From a virus, in IMG/VR virus record IMGVR_UViG_3300042400_000613, positions 22,018-86,017 of that record: DNA of 64,000 nt; one strand, given 5' to 3'. A program made the translations under genes and the position numbers. How positions within the stretch are numbered: position 1 is the first letter of the stretch; each line of letters opens with the position of its first letter. Shown here one piece after another: positions 1 through 10,550 of the stretch. The notes beneath the pieces are model-generated. The model searched no databases. It saw only the letters and a list, made by a program, of their open reading frames with translations, and was not told the origin of the DNA.

Positions 1-431
1 AAGAAGAAGGTGATGGCGAGAAAGAAAATAAAGATATGAAACGGATGCAAAACGAATTAAAAGAAGCTTATGAAGTTGTAAATCAACTCAAAGGAATGCT
101 TCAAGAAGTTAATCTGTTGAATTCTAAATTACTTTACACATCTAAACTTTTCCGTAACTACGCTTTATCAGAAAATCAGAAAAAAGATATTTTAGAAAAC
201 TTTGAGCGTGTAGTAACAATCAGAGAGGCTAAATTATTATATTCTACTTACGCTAAAGTACATGAAGGTGTAGACGCAAGTAAAGGTAAAAAATCTAAAA
301 ATATTACCGAATCTTTTGCTTCAAAACCAACTAACAGCACAGCTCCTTCTGCTGCTACTAAATCAAATATTGTAAACGAATCAAACAATCTACGTGCAAG
401 ATTACAAGAACTTGCAGGTATAATTAAGTAA
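1..431 (+). CDS. Prohead core/scaffold protein (gp22-like), C-terminal part; the frame is open from the window edge
   Basis: The frame is open upstream of the ATG at 36. Coiled-coil, E/K-rich, ends in RLQELAGII, and lies directly before the major capsid gene. Confidence 0.75.
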   Translation, partial: EEGDGEKENKDMKRMQNELKEAYEVVNQLKGMLQEVNLLNSKLLYTSKLFRNYALSENQKKDILENFERVVTIREAKLLYSTYAKVHEGVDASKGKKSKNITESFASKPTNSTAPSAATKSNIVNESNNLRARLQELAGIIK

Positions 432-435
432 AAAT

Positions 436-2079
436 ATGGGAAATTTAGACCACATGCTTCCGCATGACTATAACAGGACACAAAAAGCGGAGGCGATGAA
501 ATACATAACCAAGTGGGAACCCACTGGTTTACTTGAGGGCTTGGATGAGAAAAGAGAGAAACCGCACTTAGCAGTACTTTTGGAAAATCAAGCTCGCCAA
601 ATCGTAACAGAAGCTAACAGAACTGGTACTGCTTCTAATTCGGAAGAATGGGCAGGTGTAGCACTACCTTTAGTACGAAGAATTTTCTCTTCTATTGCGG
701 CTAAAGATTTTGTTAGCATTCAGCCGATGAACCTACCTTCAGGTCTAGTATTCTTCTTAGACTTCAAATACGGTACATCACAGCCAGGATTCTTTGCTAA
801 TCAAGGTAAAAATTCTCAGAAAGACTCACTATTTGGTATTACTGATTCAGATAAGGGAGGTACAGCAGGTACTCAAGGTCTTTACGGTGCTGGAAGATTT
901 AGCTATTCTATTAATGACTATTCAAGTTCTACTCTGTCTTTCACAGGTAGTATAAATAGAATTAATACCACTAAGTTCTTTACAGGATCTGTTAACATGA
1001 CTTCTGATATTAACTACGATACTAACTTCTCTGCATCATACAAGAGCAATACAAAGTTACGTAAAGTATTTGTATCTACTGACTCTGTTTCAGGATTTGA
1101 TCCACTAGGAGTTAGAGCATTTACAGTAACAGGAACTAACATTAACGATACATTCCAACAGTTTACGTCTTATGACTTGACTAACAATAGAATCGTATTC
1201 ATTGTTTCTGGTTCTACTACAATATCTAACGTAAAAGTAAATTACCACAAACAACCTACCGACCTTACTAGAGGTGACTTCGAAGAGGGTAAAACTCAAG
1301 CGGGAGGTAATAAAGAAGATTTACCAATTCCGGAAATCAATTTGGAAATGCGCTCCGAGGCCATTACGTCTAAAACACGTAAGCTAAAAGCTAAATGGAC
1401 ACCGGAATTCGCGCAGGATCTTAACGCATACCACTCTATTGATGCAGAAGCGGAATTAACTTCTATGCTTTCTGAATATATTTCTCAGGAAATTGATTTG
1501 GAAATTTTAGATATGTTAGTTTCTGAAGCTCAGACAGTAGAAAGATGGTCAGCAAGGATTGGATTCCAGTATGATCCGGGTTCAGCTAATTTCACAAATG
1601 CAGCTACAACTGGTCAATTCTACAATCAAGGCACTTGGTTCCAGACAATCGGAACTAAAATGCAAAAAGTATCTAACGAAATTCACCGATTAACCATGAG
1701 AGGTGGTGCTAACTTTATTGTTACATCTCCAACGATTGCTACTATCCTTGAATCAATCCCAGGATACGCAGCTGACACTAATGGTGATCAAGCTAAATTT
1801 GCAATGGGTGTACAGAAAGTAGGTTTGTTAAATAGCAGATTTACTGTATACAAGAATCCATATATGACTGAGAACTTATTGTTAATGGGCTATAGAGGCG
1901 CTCAATTCCTAGAAACAGGAGCTGTTTACGCACCATACATTCCGTTAATTATGACTCCTCTAGTATACGATCCGGAAAACTTCACTCCAAGAAAAGGTAT
2001 CATGACGAGATATGCTAAGAAAATGGTTCGTCCTGAGTACTACGGAAAGATTTATGTTCACGGATTAGATTCTCTATAA
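436..2079 (+). CDS. gp23: Major capsid protein, T4 gp23-like
   Basis: Motifs LLENQ, LPLVRR, QPMNLPSGLVFFLDF, KTRKLKAKWTPEFAQDLNAYHSIDAEAELT, YAPYIPL and PRKGIMTRYA. Confidence 0.97.
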   Translation: MGNLDHMLPHDYNRTQKAEAMKYITKWEPTGLLEGLDEKREKPHLAVLLENQARQIVTEANRTGTASNSEEWAGVALPLVRRIFSSIAAKDFVSIQPMNLPSGLVFFLDFKYGTSQPGFFANQGKNSQKDSLFGITDSDKGGTAGTQGLYGAGRFSYSINDYSSSTLSFTGSINRINTTKFFTGSVNMTSDINYDTNFSASYKSNTKLRKVFVSTDSVSGFDPLGVRAFTVTGTNINDTFQQFTSYDLTNNRIVFIVSGSTTISNVKVNYHKQPTDLTRGDFEEGKTQAGGNKEDLPIPEINLEMRSEAITSKTRKLKAKWTPEFAQDLNAYHSIDAEAELTSMLSEYISQEIDLEILDMLVSEAQTVERWSARIGFQYDPGSANFTNAATTGQFYNQGTWFQTIGTKMQKVSNEIHRLTMRGGANFIVTSPTIATILESIPGYAADTNGDQAKFAMGVQKVGLLNSRFTVYKNPYMTENLLLMGYRGAQFLETGAVYAPYIPLIMTPLVYDPENFTPRKGIMTRYAKKMVRPEYYGKIYVHGLDSL

Positions 2080-2109
2080 TATTAAAGTGTTCATAATTTA
2101 TTGATATAC

Positions 2110-2142
2110 AGGCGGGGCTTCTAAAAAGCCCCGCCTTTTTTA
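2110..2142 (+). terminator. Rho-independent terminator after the capsid gene
   Basis: AGGCGGGGCTT-loop-AAGCCCCGCCT stem followed by a T run. Confidence 0.9.
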
Positions 2143-2191
2143 TTTAGACTGAACTTAATCTATATCTACTTTGTTTTAAAAAATAAAAATC

Positions 2192-2458
2192 ATGACAAAC
2201 GTAAACAGAAAAATTAAAGATTTAAAAAAGATTGATGAGAAAATTAATGATTTAGGAAAAGCATTACTAGAAAATCCGGATAAAGAAGCTTATATAAATC
2301 AAAAATTAAATGCATTATCAAATGAAAAAACATTGATTGAAAAATTTTTATCTAATATTAATTACCTGTACATTCATAAAACCATTGACGATCCTTATAT
2401 TAAATTAAAAAGATCTCCTGCTGTAAAAAAAGATGGCAACTATATTAGCAAATACTAA
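2192..2458 (+). CDS. Hypothetical protein (coiled-coil)
   Basis: 88-aa ORF with an A-rich leader. Confidence 0.6.
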   Translation: MTNVNRKIKDLKKIDEKINDLGKALLENPDKEAYINQKLNALSNEKTLIEKFLSNINYLYIHKTIDDPYIKLKRSPAVKKDGNYISKY

Positions 2459-2469
2459 ATTGTAAAACG

Positions 2470-2476
2470 TATTTAT
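2470..2476 (+). promoter_or_regulatory. Putative late promoter TATTTAT (representative copy)
   Basis: The same motif lies shortly upstream of starts at 3131, 5469, 8000, 11328, 27725, 50698/50726 (+) and 56976, 59474 (-). Confidence 0.6.
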
Positions 2477-2488
2477 TATAAAAACTAC

Positions 2489-3154
2489 ATGGCGGAAAAC
2501 ACAGAAAAGAGGTTGCCGAAGAATCCGGTAAAATTTGATATCCAATTATCAAACGACCAAAAAGAAGCTAAAGACAAAATATTAATGCACCCTGTTAATT
2601 TTGTCTTAGGTAAACCCGGGAGTGGCAAAACACTACTTGCAACTCAGATAGCTCTTGATAAGTTTTTTAGGAGAGAAATAAATAAGATAGTCATTACTAG
2701 ACCTATGGTTGCTACCGAAGAAATGGGATTTTTACCCGGAACATTTGAAGAAAAATTAGAGCCGTGGATAGTTCCTATAAAAGACAACATATCTAAAGCA
2801 TACGCGAAGCAATCAGCGGTAGAAAGATTATATAGTGACAAATCCGTTGAACTCGTTTCTTTAGCTCACTTTAGAGGTAGAACTTTTGACGACGCTATTT
2901 GTATTATAGATGAATTTCAGAACTTGACAAAAGAGCAGCTCTCCATGTGCATAAGCCGATTAGGTAAAAACACAATCATGATATTTACAGGAGACGAAAA
3001 TCAGATAGATTTAAAACATAAAGAACAATCTGCAATTAAGCTAGTACCTATAGTTGATCAGAGCAAATATGTTAATTGCGTAAGGCTTTCCACTAATCAC
3101 AGACACGAAGCATTAGATGATATATTTAAGTATTTATATCCTAACTCACTGTAA
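2489..3154 (+). CDS. phoH: PhoH-like ATPase
   Basis: Walker A GKPGSGKT, ITRP, GFLPG, HFRGRTF, IIDEFQN and TGDENQID. Confidence 0.95.
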   Translation: MAENTEKRLPKNPVKFDIQLSNDQKEAKDKILMHPVNFVLGKPGSGKTLLATQIALDKFFRREINKIVITRPMVATEEMGFLPGTFEEKLEPWIVPIKDNISKAYAKQSAVERLYSDKSVELVSLAHFRGRTFDDAICIIDEFQNLTKEQLSMCISRLGKNTIMIFTGDENQIDLKHKEQSAIKLVPIVDQSKYVNCVRLSTNHRHEALDDIFKYLYPNSL

Positions 3155-3157
3155 TTT

Positions 3158-5440
3158 ATGATAATTAAGTTATATGTTGGATACTACTCTCAATTTCATG
3201 CCAGCGGAGATAACTTCGCTGGCACTGAATGGGCCTTACGTCATCTTGCAGAGGCTTTTGCATCATTAGGTCACGAAGTATATATAACGGGAGACATAGT
3301 GCAGGAGAACGCTTTAAATGGCGTTATTTACTCGAAGGATTATAATGTAGAATCCGATATTCTAATTGCTCTAAATTACACTCACTACATAGATTTAATA
3401 TCAGAGGATAGTTACGATAAATCTTATTTTTGGATACATAACACAGACCCTTTCTTCTACAATTTCTATAAGGGAGAGGATGTTGATAATTTACAAGACA
3501 AAGTATTTAATCATCCTAAATTTGAAAGTGTTATTTGTGTATCTAAGTATCATAAGGGAGAATTTGACAAACATTTTCCGAATGTCCCTTCTATCATGTT
3601 ATACAATGCAGTAAAACATATAGAAAAGTCAGATAAATTAATTATTGATGATTCTTACATCTATATATCGCATGCAGAAAGGGGATTAAGAGAGATATTG
3701 ATACATTGGAGACAGATTTTATATCATCGACCTCAATCATCTTTATACATAGTAACGCCAAAATACGGAGAAAAATTCTATGAGAAGCATTTTTCTTATG
3801 TTAAAAGCACGTATAAAAATGTGTACTATCATGGATCTATGAGTAAAGATGCTTTAATGACTTTTGCGAGTAATAAAAAGTATTGGTTATATCCTTCTAA
3901 TTATGATGAGACATTTTGTGTATCTGCTGTTGAAATGCAAATGTTAGGATTGATTCCTATAACAAGATTAAGAGCAGGATTAAAAGAAACTGTATTTAAT
4001 TATATTGATTTTGATTCATGGTTATCATGTGTATTGTCTAATGATAATTTTAAAATGCTTACTAATTCATCTACATCAAATTTAAATGTATATGATGCTT
4101 TTAATCCTAAAATGATTGCTAAAGAATTTATAAATATTAATGTCATGGAAAATAAATTAAAGATAGATGCTGTCTATGTGATTACTTTTGATGTATCTGA
4201 TGAAGCTATTAATAGATACACCGCCGAATTTAATAAACTAGGTATCATACCGGGTGAGTTTCATTTATTTAAAGCTATAGATGGTAGAAATGTTAAAGTA
4301 GATTTTGATTGGTCTTTATACAATAGTTGGAAAATAGATAATCATAGTAATTCATATTATAACCGAGATATATTGCCTGGAGAGATTGGATGTGCTTTAT
4401 CTCATTTATCTGTATGGAAAGATGCTAAAAAGAAAAATTATGATTCTATTTTAATTTTAGAGGATGATTTTAAAGTAAATGGAGAGTTCCCCGCGAAAGA
4501 AATAGCATTATACGATTGGGGACTATTATACTTAGGAAGACAAAAAATCGGCGGGGACATAGACATACAAAATGAATTATACGTACATCCAGGATACTCA
4601 TGGTTATCTCATGCCTACATGTTATCAAAAGTAGGAATACAAAGAATAATAGAACAGAACTTTGAAAAATACATCTTACCAGTAGATGACTTCATAGCAT
4701 CAACATACTCAAACAACAATGAAAGATTAGATTTAACATTTATATGGAAAGACATGAATGCATATAGTTTAAAAGAATCTATAGTAAGTCAAACAAGTAA
4801 TGCAAAAACAAGTAAAACATCAAGTAATTCATTTGCATCTAACATCTATCTAACAAAAGATGTAGATAAATGGTCATCCATGTACATCAATCCTGCATTA
4901 AAGAATAAAGAATATGATTTAATTGTAGATGAACCCATACCTGATGTCTTACATTTACATGCATTTAAAAAAGAATTTTGCAATGAAGTCATAAGATTAG
5001 CAGAAGAATGTGGAAAATGGACAAAAGATAGACATTATTATTATCCAACTCATGACATGTTAATCAATGAATTTCAATTACATGATGCTTATGACATGTT
5101 TTTAAATACTTACATATATCCCCTCGTAAAATCTAATTTTGTACTTACCGGAGATAAATGGAAGAAATTTAGCTCTGAAAACTTTATTATAAAATACACA
5201 CCGGAAAATCAAGGGCATTTATCTCTACACCATGATGATTCTGCATTCTCTACCGTACTTACTTTGAATGATGAATACGAGGGAGGAGGTACATGGTTTT
5301 CAAAACAAAAGAAATTAGTTAAAGGAGAAGTAGGTGAGTTAACAATACATCCGGGACAGATAACACATAGGCATGGTGCAAGACCTGTAACTTCCGGAGT
5401 TAGATATGTTCTCGTATCCTTTATAAGACAAGTATATTAA
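3158..5440 (+). CDS. Three-domain enzyme: GT-B glycosyltransferase + GT25 glycosyltransferase + PLOD-type 2OG-Fe(II) dioxygenase
   Basis: N-terminus: YPSNYDETFCVSAVE. Middle: AIDG, GEIGCALSHL, LILEDD, AYMLS, PVDDF. C-terminus: FIIKY, LSLHHDDS, YEGGGT, HPGQITHRHGARPVTSGVRYVLVSF. Confidence 0.85.
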   Translation: MIIKLYVGYYSQFHASGDNFAGTEWALRHLAEAFASLGHEVYITGDIVQENALNGVIYSKDYNVESDILIALNYTHYIDLISEDSYDKSYFWIHNTDPFFYNFYKGEDVDNLQDKVFNHPKFESVICVSKYHKGEFDKHFPNVPSIMLYNAVKHIEKSDKLIIDDSYIYISHAERGLREILIHWRQILYHRPQSSLYIVTPKYGEKFYEKHFSYVKSTYKNVYYHGSMSKDALMTFASNKKYWLYPSNYDETFCVSAVEMQMLGLIPITRLRAGLKETVFNYIDFDSWLSCVLSNDNFKMLTNSSTSNLNVYDAFNPKMIAKEFININVMENKLKIDAVYVITFDVSDEAINRYTAEFNKLGIIPGEFHLFKAIDGRNVKVDFDWSLYNSWKIDNHSNSYYNRDILPGEIGCALSHLSVWKDAKKKNYDSILILEDDFKVNGEFPAKEIALYDWGLLYLGRQKIGGDIDIQNELYVHPGYSWLSHAYMLSKVGIQRIIEQNFEKYILPVDDFIASTYSNNNERLDLTFIWKDMNAYSLKESIVSQTSNAKTSKTSSNSFASNIYLTKDVDKWSSMYINPALKNKEYDLIVDEPIPDVLHLHAFKKEFCNEVIRLAEECGKWTKDRHYYYPTHDMLINEFQLHDAYDMFLNTYIYPLVKSNFVLTGDKWKKFSSENFIIKYTPENQGHLSLHHDDSAFSTVLTLNDEYEGGGTWFSKQKKLVKGEVGELTIHPGQITHRHGARPVTSGVRYVLVSFIRQVY

Positions 5441-5487
5441 AAAGTGAAATAAAAGACTTTTTTAATACTATTTATTGTAAACAGCAG

Positions 5488-6648
5488 ATGGCAGTTCACA
5501 TACCTATTTGGCCTGGAAGTGGTAGCGCAGTATCTGGATCTACACCTTTCGGAATATTTGACAAAGATAGAAATTTTCAAAAGGACGCCCCTAAAGTAGC
5601 CGTATGGTGCGCTAGAAGATTAGGATATCCTCTTAGTGACGTGGAATTACAAGATATAAACTTCTACACCGCTTTTGAAGAGTCTATATCCGAGTATAGC
5701 AATCAAGTTAATGCTCACTCTGCTAAAGACAATATACTAGGATTAATGGGATTCAATACCGGTTCCCTTAGATTAGAAAAAGAATTAGTTACCAATTCAA
5801 TAGCAGGCGTATTAGAAATATCTGCGGAATACGGTACAGAGATTGGAGTAGGAGGCAGAACCACATATTATACTGGCTCTATATTGGTAAAAGAGGGGAA
5901 ACAAGTTTATAGCCTATTAGACCCCACTAAAGTTTCATTAGAATCCGGTAATCCCGCTACAGACAAATTCGTAATAAGAAAAATGTTTCACAATGCACCA
6001 CCGGCTATTGTAAAATACTTTGACCCCTTTGTAGGAACAGGATTAGGTAGCCAAAACTTACTTGACCAATTTGGATTCGGTAATTTTAGCCCCGGAGTTA
6101 ATTTCTTATTAATGCCTATGCACCATGATATTCTTAGGATGCAGGCGATAGAATTTAATGACCAAATAAGAAAATCTGCATACGGCTTCGAGATAATTAA
6201 TAATAGAATAAGAATATTCCCTACACCGGTTAGAGAATACAAAATTTGGTTTGAATACACTTTAGATTCCGAATACAAAAATGCGAATAAAGGAGGTACA
6301 GGTAAAATAAATAGCCATGCTACTATTCCTTATTTCACTCTACCTTATTCTAGTATCAATGACATAGGTAAACAGTGGATAAAAAAATATACGCTTGTCC
6401 TATCTAAAGAAATGCTTGCTTATGTTAGAGGTAAGTACAAGACTTTACCCGGACTAGAGGACGATATTGTTTTAAATACTGAAGATTTAATGTATTCGGT
6501 AAATGAGGAGAAACAAAGATTAATAGATGTTCTTAGGATAGAGTTAGATCAATTTAGCCGTCAATCCCAATTAGAAAGAAAGATGGCAGAATCCGAAGCT
6601 CATGAAAAATTTTTAGCAGTAATTCCACTTAAAATATACGTAGGATAA
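5488..6648 (+). CDS. Neck protein, gp13-like
   Basis: RRLGYPLSDVEL and QWIKKYTLVLSKEMLAYVRGKY, and its position before gp14/gp15. Confidence 0.8.
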   Translation: MAVHIPIWPGSGSAVSGSTPFGIFDKDRNFQKDAPKVAVWCARRLGYPLSDVELQDINFYTAFEESISEYSNQVNAHSAKDNILGLMGFNTGSLRLEKELVTNSIAGVLEISAEYGTEIGVGGRTTYYTGSILVKEGKQVYSLLDPTKVSLESGNPATDKFVIRKMFHNAPPAIVKYFDPFVGTGLGSQNLLDQFGFGNFSPGVNFLLMPMHHDILRMQAIEFNDQIRKSAYGFEIINNRIRIFPTPVREYKIWFEYTLDSEYKNANKGGTGKINSHATIPYFTLPYSSINDIGKQWIKKYTLVLSKEMLAYVRGKYKTLPGLEDDIVLNTEDLMYSVNEEKQRLIDVLRIELDQFSRQSQLERKMAESEAHEKFLAVIPLKIYVG

Positions 6649-7184
6649 TGGCACTATTTGGAAGTGGTAGAGATGCTTCTTTAGTTAGGAGTATAAACAG
6701 AGAAAGAGTGAATAAAGTGATGGCCTTAGAGGTTGAACTTTATAAATTATCTAGGGAAGATACTAGAGAGAACATATATAGAGAAGCACCTAGTAAAGTA
6801 TTCTATAATGCTACTAGACTAAACTGTATCATAAAAAGAGGTACCAAAGAAACTATCGACACTGACTTTGGATTGGATTTTGAAAGAGAAGCTACATTTT
6901 ACTTTTTAAGAGATGATTTATTAGAGAGAGACTTGGTTATAGAACCCGGCGACTATGTATTCTTTGATATGGATTTTTATGAACTAAACAATGTATTCTC
7001 TGATAATGCATGGTTTGGAAGAAATCCTGAAACATATATACCCCATGTCTTAGGAGAAGAATCTGAATTTGGTTATAATATATCAGTCATAGCGCAAGCA
7101 CACTTAAGTAGAAAAACAAACTTAACTACCACTGATTATAGGTCCGGAATTAATGACGCGTATGATGAACTAAACAAATATTAA
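6648..7184 (+). CDS. Neck/head-closure protein, gp14-like
   Basis: Synteny, plus ENIYREA, FYFLRDDL and IEPGDYV motifs. Confidence 0.7.
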   Translation: MALFGSGRDASLVRSINRERVNKVMALEVELYKLSREDTRENIYREAPSKVFYNATRLNCIIKRGTKETIDTDFGLDFEREATFYFLRDDLLERDLVIEPGDYVFFDMDFYELNNVFSDNAWFGRNPETYIPHVLGEESEFGYNISVIAQAHLSRKTNLTTTDYRSGINDAYDELNKY

Positions 7185-7185
7185 A

Positions 7186-7962
7186 ATGGCTAAATCTACG
7201 ATAAATCCTACGGTATATAATCAACTCTATAGAAATCAAGTAAATAGAGGAGAGCAGACTAGAGAAGACGATGATTACATTAAGATTCCTGAAATTACAA
7301 TATATGATGTAGATTACTCTATACTTCAATACATTAGAAATAACATCAAACCTGAAGTTCAAGATAGAGATAGAATGATTGATGTTCCTGTGATGTATGG
7401 TAGCGGAGAACTCTGGTCTCAAATTCAATCAAATGGTTTTATGCGAGATGAAAAAAACAAACTTCTTTGTCCTGTAATTACATTATCTCGGACAAGAATG
7501 GAAGAATATAAAGCCTTCGCTAAGTTAGATGTAAACAACAGAGTTTCTAGCAGGGTATATTACAGAGATGGGTACACTCAAAATAATGCCCGGTATGGAT
7601 CTAACAATAGGGGCAATACAGATTTACCACAAAAAGAAGTCTACATATCTATAATTCCTGAATACTACTATGTGTACTATGATTTAAGCATTTGGACAGA
7701 TTTTAATGAACAGTTAAATAAAGTAATAGAGCAATTTATACCTGTCAATAATTTTGTGTGGGGAAATGATTATCAATTTGTTACACACATCGAAGATTTT
7801 ACATTTTCCGCAGTAAATATATCAAAACAAGAAAGAATTGTAAAAGCATCTACAAGATTAAGAGTATTAGCTACACTCATGCCAGCATTTGTAGAGAGAA
7901 AATCATCTATTCAAAAAGCATTATCTATTAAAAAGGTAGCAATGTCAGAAAGATTAACGTAA
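7186..7962 (+). CDS. Tail terminator/sheath stabiliser, gp15-like
   Basis: VPVMYGSGELW, P.ITLSR and EQLNKVIEQF, directly before the sheath gene. Confidence 0.75.
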   Translation: MAKSTINPTVYNQLYRNQVNRGEQTREDDDYIKIPEITIYDVDYSILQYIRNNIKPEVQDRDRMIDVPVMYGSGELWSQIQSNGFMRDEKNKLLCPVITLSRTRMEEYKAFAKLDVNNRVSSRVYYRDGYTQNNARYGSNNRGNTDLPQKEVYISIIPEYYYVYYDLSIWTDFNEQLNKVIEQFIPVNNFVWGNDYQFVTHIEDFTFSAVNISKQERIVKASTRLRVLATLMPAFVERKSSIQKALSIKKVAMSERLT

Positions 7963-8065
7963 TTTCATATTTTTTTAATTGTTTGAGATTTTTAAAACAT
8001 ATTTATAACAAATGAGAATTTATTAATAATTCTTGGTATAATATTTAATTGACAAAAACAAAAAA

Positions 8066-9928
8066 ATGGCAGAAAGAATAGTCAGTCCTGGCGTATTTAC
8101 AAGAGAAAAAGACCTTAGTTTTTTACCTTTAGAAATACAAGCTATAGGAGCGGCGGTTGTAGGTCCTACTTTAAAAGGACCCGCGTTCGTTCCTTCTACA
8201 ATCTCCTCTTATGAGGAATACCTTAGAGCTTTTGGTGGAGCCTTTAGTTCGGGTTCCGGTACATCCGAAAGACAGTACAAGTTCTTAACAGACTATGTAG
8301 CACAAGAATATTTGAGATATGCTGAAAATTTAACCGTAGTTAGGGTACTAGCCGGTAATTATCAGTACGCAAGTTCAAATGTAGTAACTAGAGGCGCTTA
8401 TGCTGCTGCTCCTGCTGGTATTAAGGCTCGATTAACAGGCTCTTACTTTACAGCCGCTCAACAAACTTTTAAACTCACTGTAGTATCTCCGGGTAATTAT
8501 GTAAATACATCACTCACTTCTATTGCCTCTAATAATGGAATAGGAAACCCTAATGATGACTCTACAGGAGGAGTGTTGAACATAGGAAACAGAGAGAATT
8601 TAAGATGGGAAGTAAGAGACGTTAACACTGATTTAGGTACTTTTGATTTGTACATAAGAAGAGGAGACGACAGACACAACAGAAAAGTAATTGTAGAGCA
8701 GTACAATGATTTAACTTTAGACCCTAACGATACTAACTACATCGGTAGAGTTATCGGAGATCAAATGTACACATTAAGGTATGATTCTGATGGTATTCCT
8801 TTCTTGCAGTTAAGCGGATCTTTCCCTAACAGATCAAGATATATCCGAGTAGAGGTATTTAAAGAAAATTATAACTACTTAAATGAAAATGGACAGATAA
8901 GAGTTGCTGCATTCTCTAGTAGTTTGCCCGCTGAAGTATCTGGTACTTTCTCCGGAGGTTCCGATGGATATGTAAAACACCCAAGATCATTCTTTGATAA
9001 AATTAGTGGACAAAACAGCCAGGGATTCAATTTAGATGATTTAGCAGGCGGAGCTTCTGGTTCAACTGCTTATATGGATGCTATTGACATTTTAGCCAAT
9101 GCAGATGAATATGATATCAACATGTTACTCATGCCTGGAATTATTGACGGAGTAGGTGAACAACATGGTGAAATTATAACAAAAGCGATTGCCATGATTG
9201 AAAATAGAGGAGATATTTTCATGGTGATTGACCCAACTAGATACGGTGATACTATTGGACAAGCTATAAACGCAGCCTTAGCAAGAAATACTTCTTATGC
9301 TGCTTACTACTATCCATGGGTACAAATAGCTGACGCTGACTTAGGAAGAAATGTATGGGTTCCACCATCCACTGTAGTATCAGGAGTTATTGCATTCAAT
9401 GACTACGTACAGTTTCCTTGGTATGCTCCAGCCGGTTTAAATAGAGGTGCCATTGACGTAGCTCTACAGGCAGAGAGAAAATTAACTTTAGGAGATAGAG
9501 ATAGACTTTATACTTACAATATTAATCCTATTGCTACTTATCCAAGAGAAGGTGTAGTTGTATGGGGACAGAAGACTTTACAGAAGAAAAGATCTGCACT
9601 TGATAGGATTAACGTAAGAAGGCTATTAATCACTGCTAAAAAATTCATTGCATCATCTTCTAGGTATCTAGTATTCGAACAAAATACAAAAGAAACAAGA
9701 CTTAGATTCTTAAGTATTGTTGAACCTTACTTGGAAAGCGTTAGAAGAAATCAAGGTTTATATGATTTTAGAGTAATTATGGATGAATCCAATAATACTC
9801 CCGATGTTCTTGACAGAAATGAGTTAAGAGGTGCTATTTATTTAAAACCTACTAGAACCGCGGAATTCATAATCTTAGATTTCTTTGTGTTACCTACAGG
9901 AGCTTCTTTCCCTGGTGATACAGAATAA
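8066..9928 (+). CDS. gp18: Tail sheath protein, gp18-like
   Basis: SPGVFTRE, PWYAPAGLNRG, INPI, WGQKT, RINVRRL and KPTRTAEFI. Confidence 0.97.
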   Translation: MAERIVSPGVFTREKDLSFLPLEIQAIGAAVVGPTLKGPAFVPSTISSYEEYLRAFGGAFSSGSGTSERQYKFLTDYVAQEYLRYAENLTVVRVLAGNYQYASSNVVTRGAYAAAPAGIKARLTGSYFTAAQQTFKLTVVSPGNYVNTSLTSIASNNGIGNPNDDSTGGVLNIGNRENLRWEVRDVNTDLGTFDLYIRRGDDRHNRKVIVEQYNDLTLDPNDTNYIGRVIGDQMYTLRYDSDGIPFLQLSGSFPNRSRYIRVEVFKENYNYLNENGQIRVAAFSSSLPAEVSGTFSGGSDGYVKHPRSFFDKISGQNSQGFNLDDLAGGASGSTAYMDAIDILANADEYDINMLLMPGIIDGVGEQHGEIITKAIAMIENRGDIFMVIDPTRYGDTIGQAINAALARNTSYAAYYYPWVQIADADLGRNVWVPPSTVVSGVIAFNDYVQFPWYAPAGLNRGAIDVALQAERKLTLGDRDRLYTYNINPIATYPREGVVVWGQKTLQKKRSALDRINVRRLLITAKKFIASSSRYLVFEQNTKETRLRFLSIVEPYLESVRRNQGLYDFRVIMDESNNTPDVLDRNELRGAIYLKPTRTAEFIILDFFVLPTGASFPGDTE

Positions 9929-9947
9929 ACAAAAAAAATAGACTAAA

Positions 9948-10538
9948 ATGGCATTTATAAACTCCCCATTTAAATATTTTAACCCTAAGCAGCAGATGAG
10001 ATACGTCCTCTATATCAATGATAGAGGAATGGACATCCCTACTTATATGGTTAAAACAGCGGATAGGCCCTCGCTAGATCAAAATCCAGTAACTGTAGAT
10101 TATATCAATACAGAATTTAAGGTTAAAGGTAAATCTAGGTGGCAAGATATCTCTGTAACATTATATGACCCAATTGAAGTAAACGGTGCTAGACTTCTGC
10201 ACGACTGGATTAGTAAACTTCACCATAACTCCGGATTACTCCAACCTGGCACAGGATTAGTAACCCCGGGAGAAGATGGATATATCTGGGAATATAAGAG
10301 AACATTAAGATTTGAAGCGGTTAGTCCTCATGGAGATGCTGTAGATCAGTTCCTATTATACGGAGCTTTTATTGCAGATGCTAAGTGGGGCAACATGGAT
10401 TTATCTTCGGATGATTTAAACATGTTGGATTTAACTATAACTTATGATTACGCAACCATGCCAGCTGTACAGAATGCAAATGTACTGGTTCGTGACGTAG
10501 ACGCATCGGTACCTGTAACAAGACCTAACGCAGGATAA
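9948..10538 (+). CDS. Tail tube protein, gp19-like (paralogue 1)
   Basis: PKQQMRY, KGKSRWQDISVTLYDPI and LTITYDYA, directly after the sheath gene. Confidence 0.88.
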   Translation: MAFINSPFKYFNPKQQMRYVLYINDRGMDIPTYMVKTADRPSLDQNPVTVDYINTEFKVKGKSRWQDISVTLYDPIEVNGARLLHDWISKLHHNSGLLQPGTGLVTPGEDGYIWEYKRTLRFEAVSPHGDAVDQFLLYGAFIADAKWGNMDLSSDDLNMLDLTITYDYATMPAVQNANVLVRDVDASVPVTRPNAG

Positions 10539-10550
10539 TTATTAATAAAC

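Noticed and set aside
4484-4560. GAGTTCCCCGCG...GCGGGGA resembles the two halves of a type I-E CRISPR repeat
   Set aside because: The halves are about 55 nt apart inside a coding gene, with no repeat-spacer array. Treated instead as island boundary motifs.
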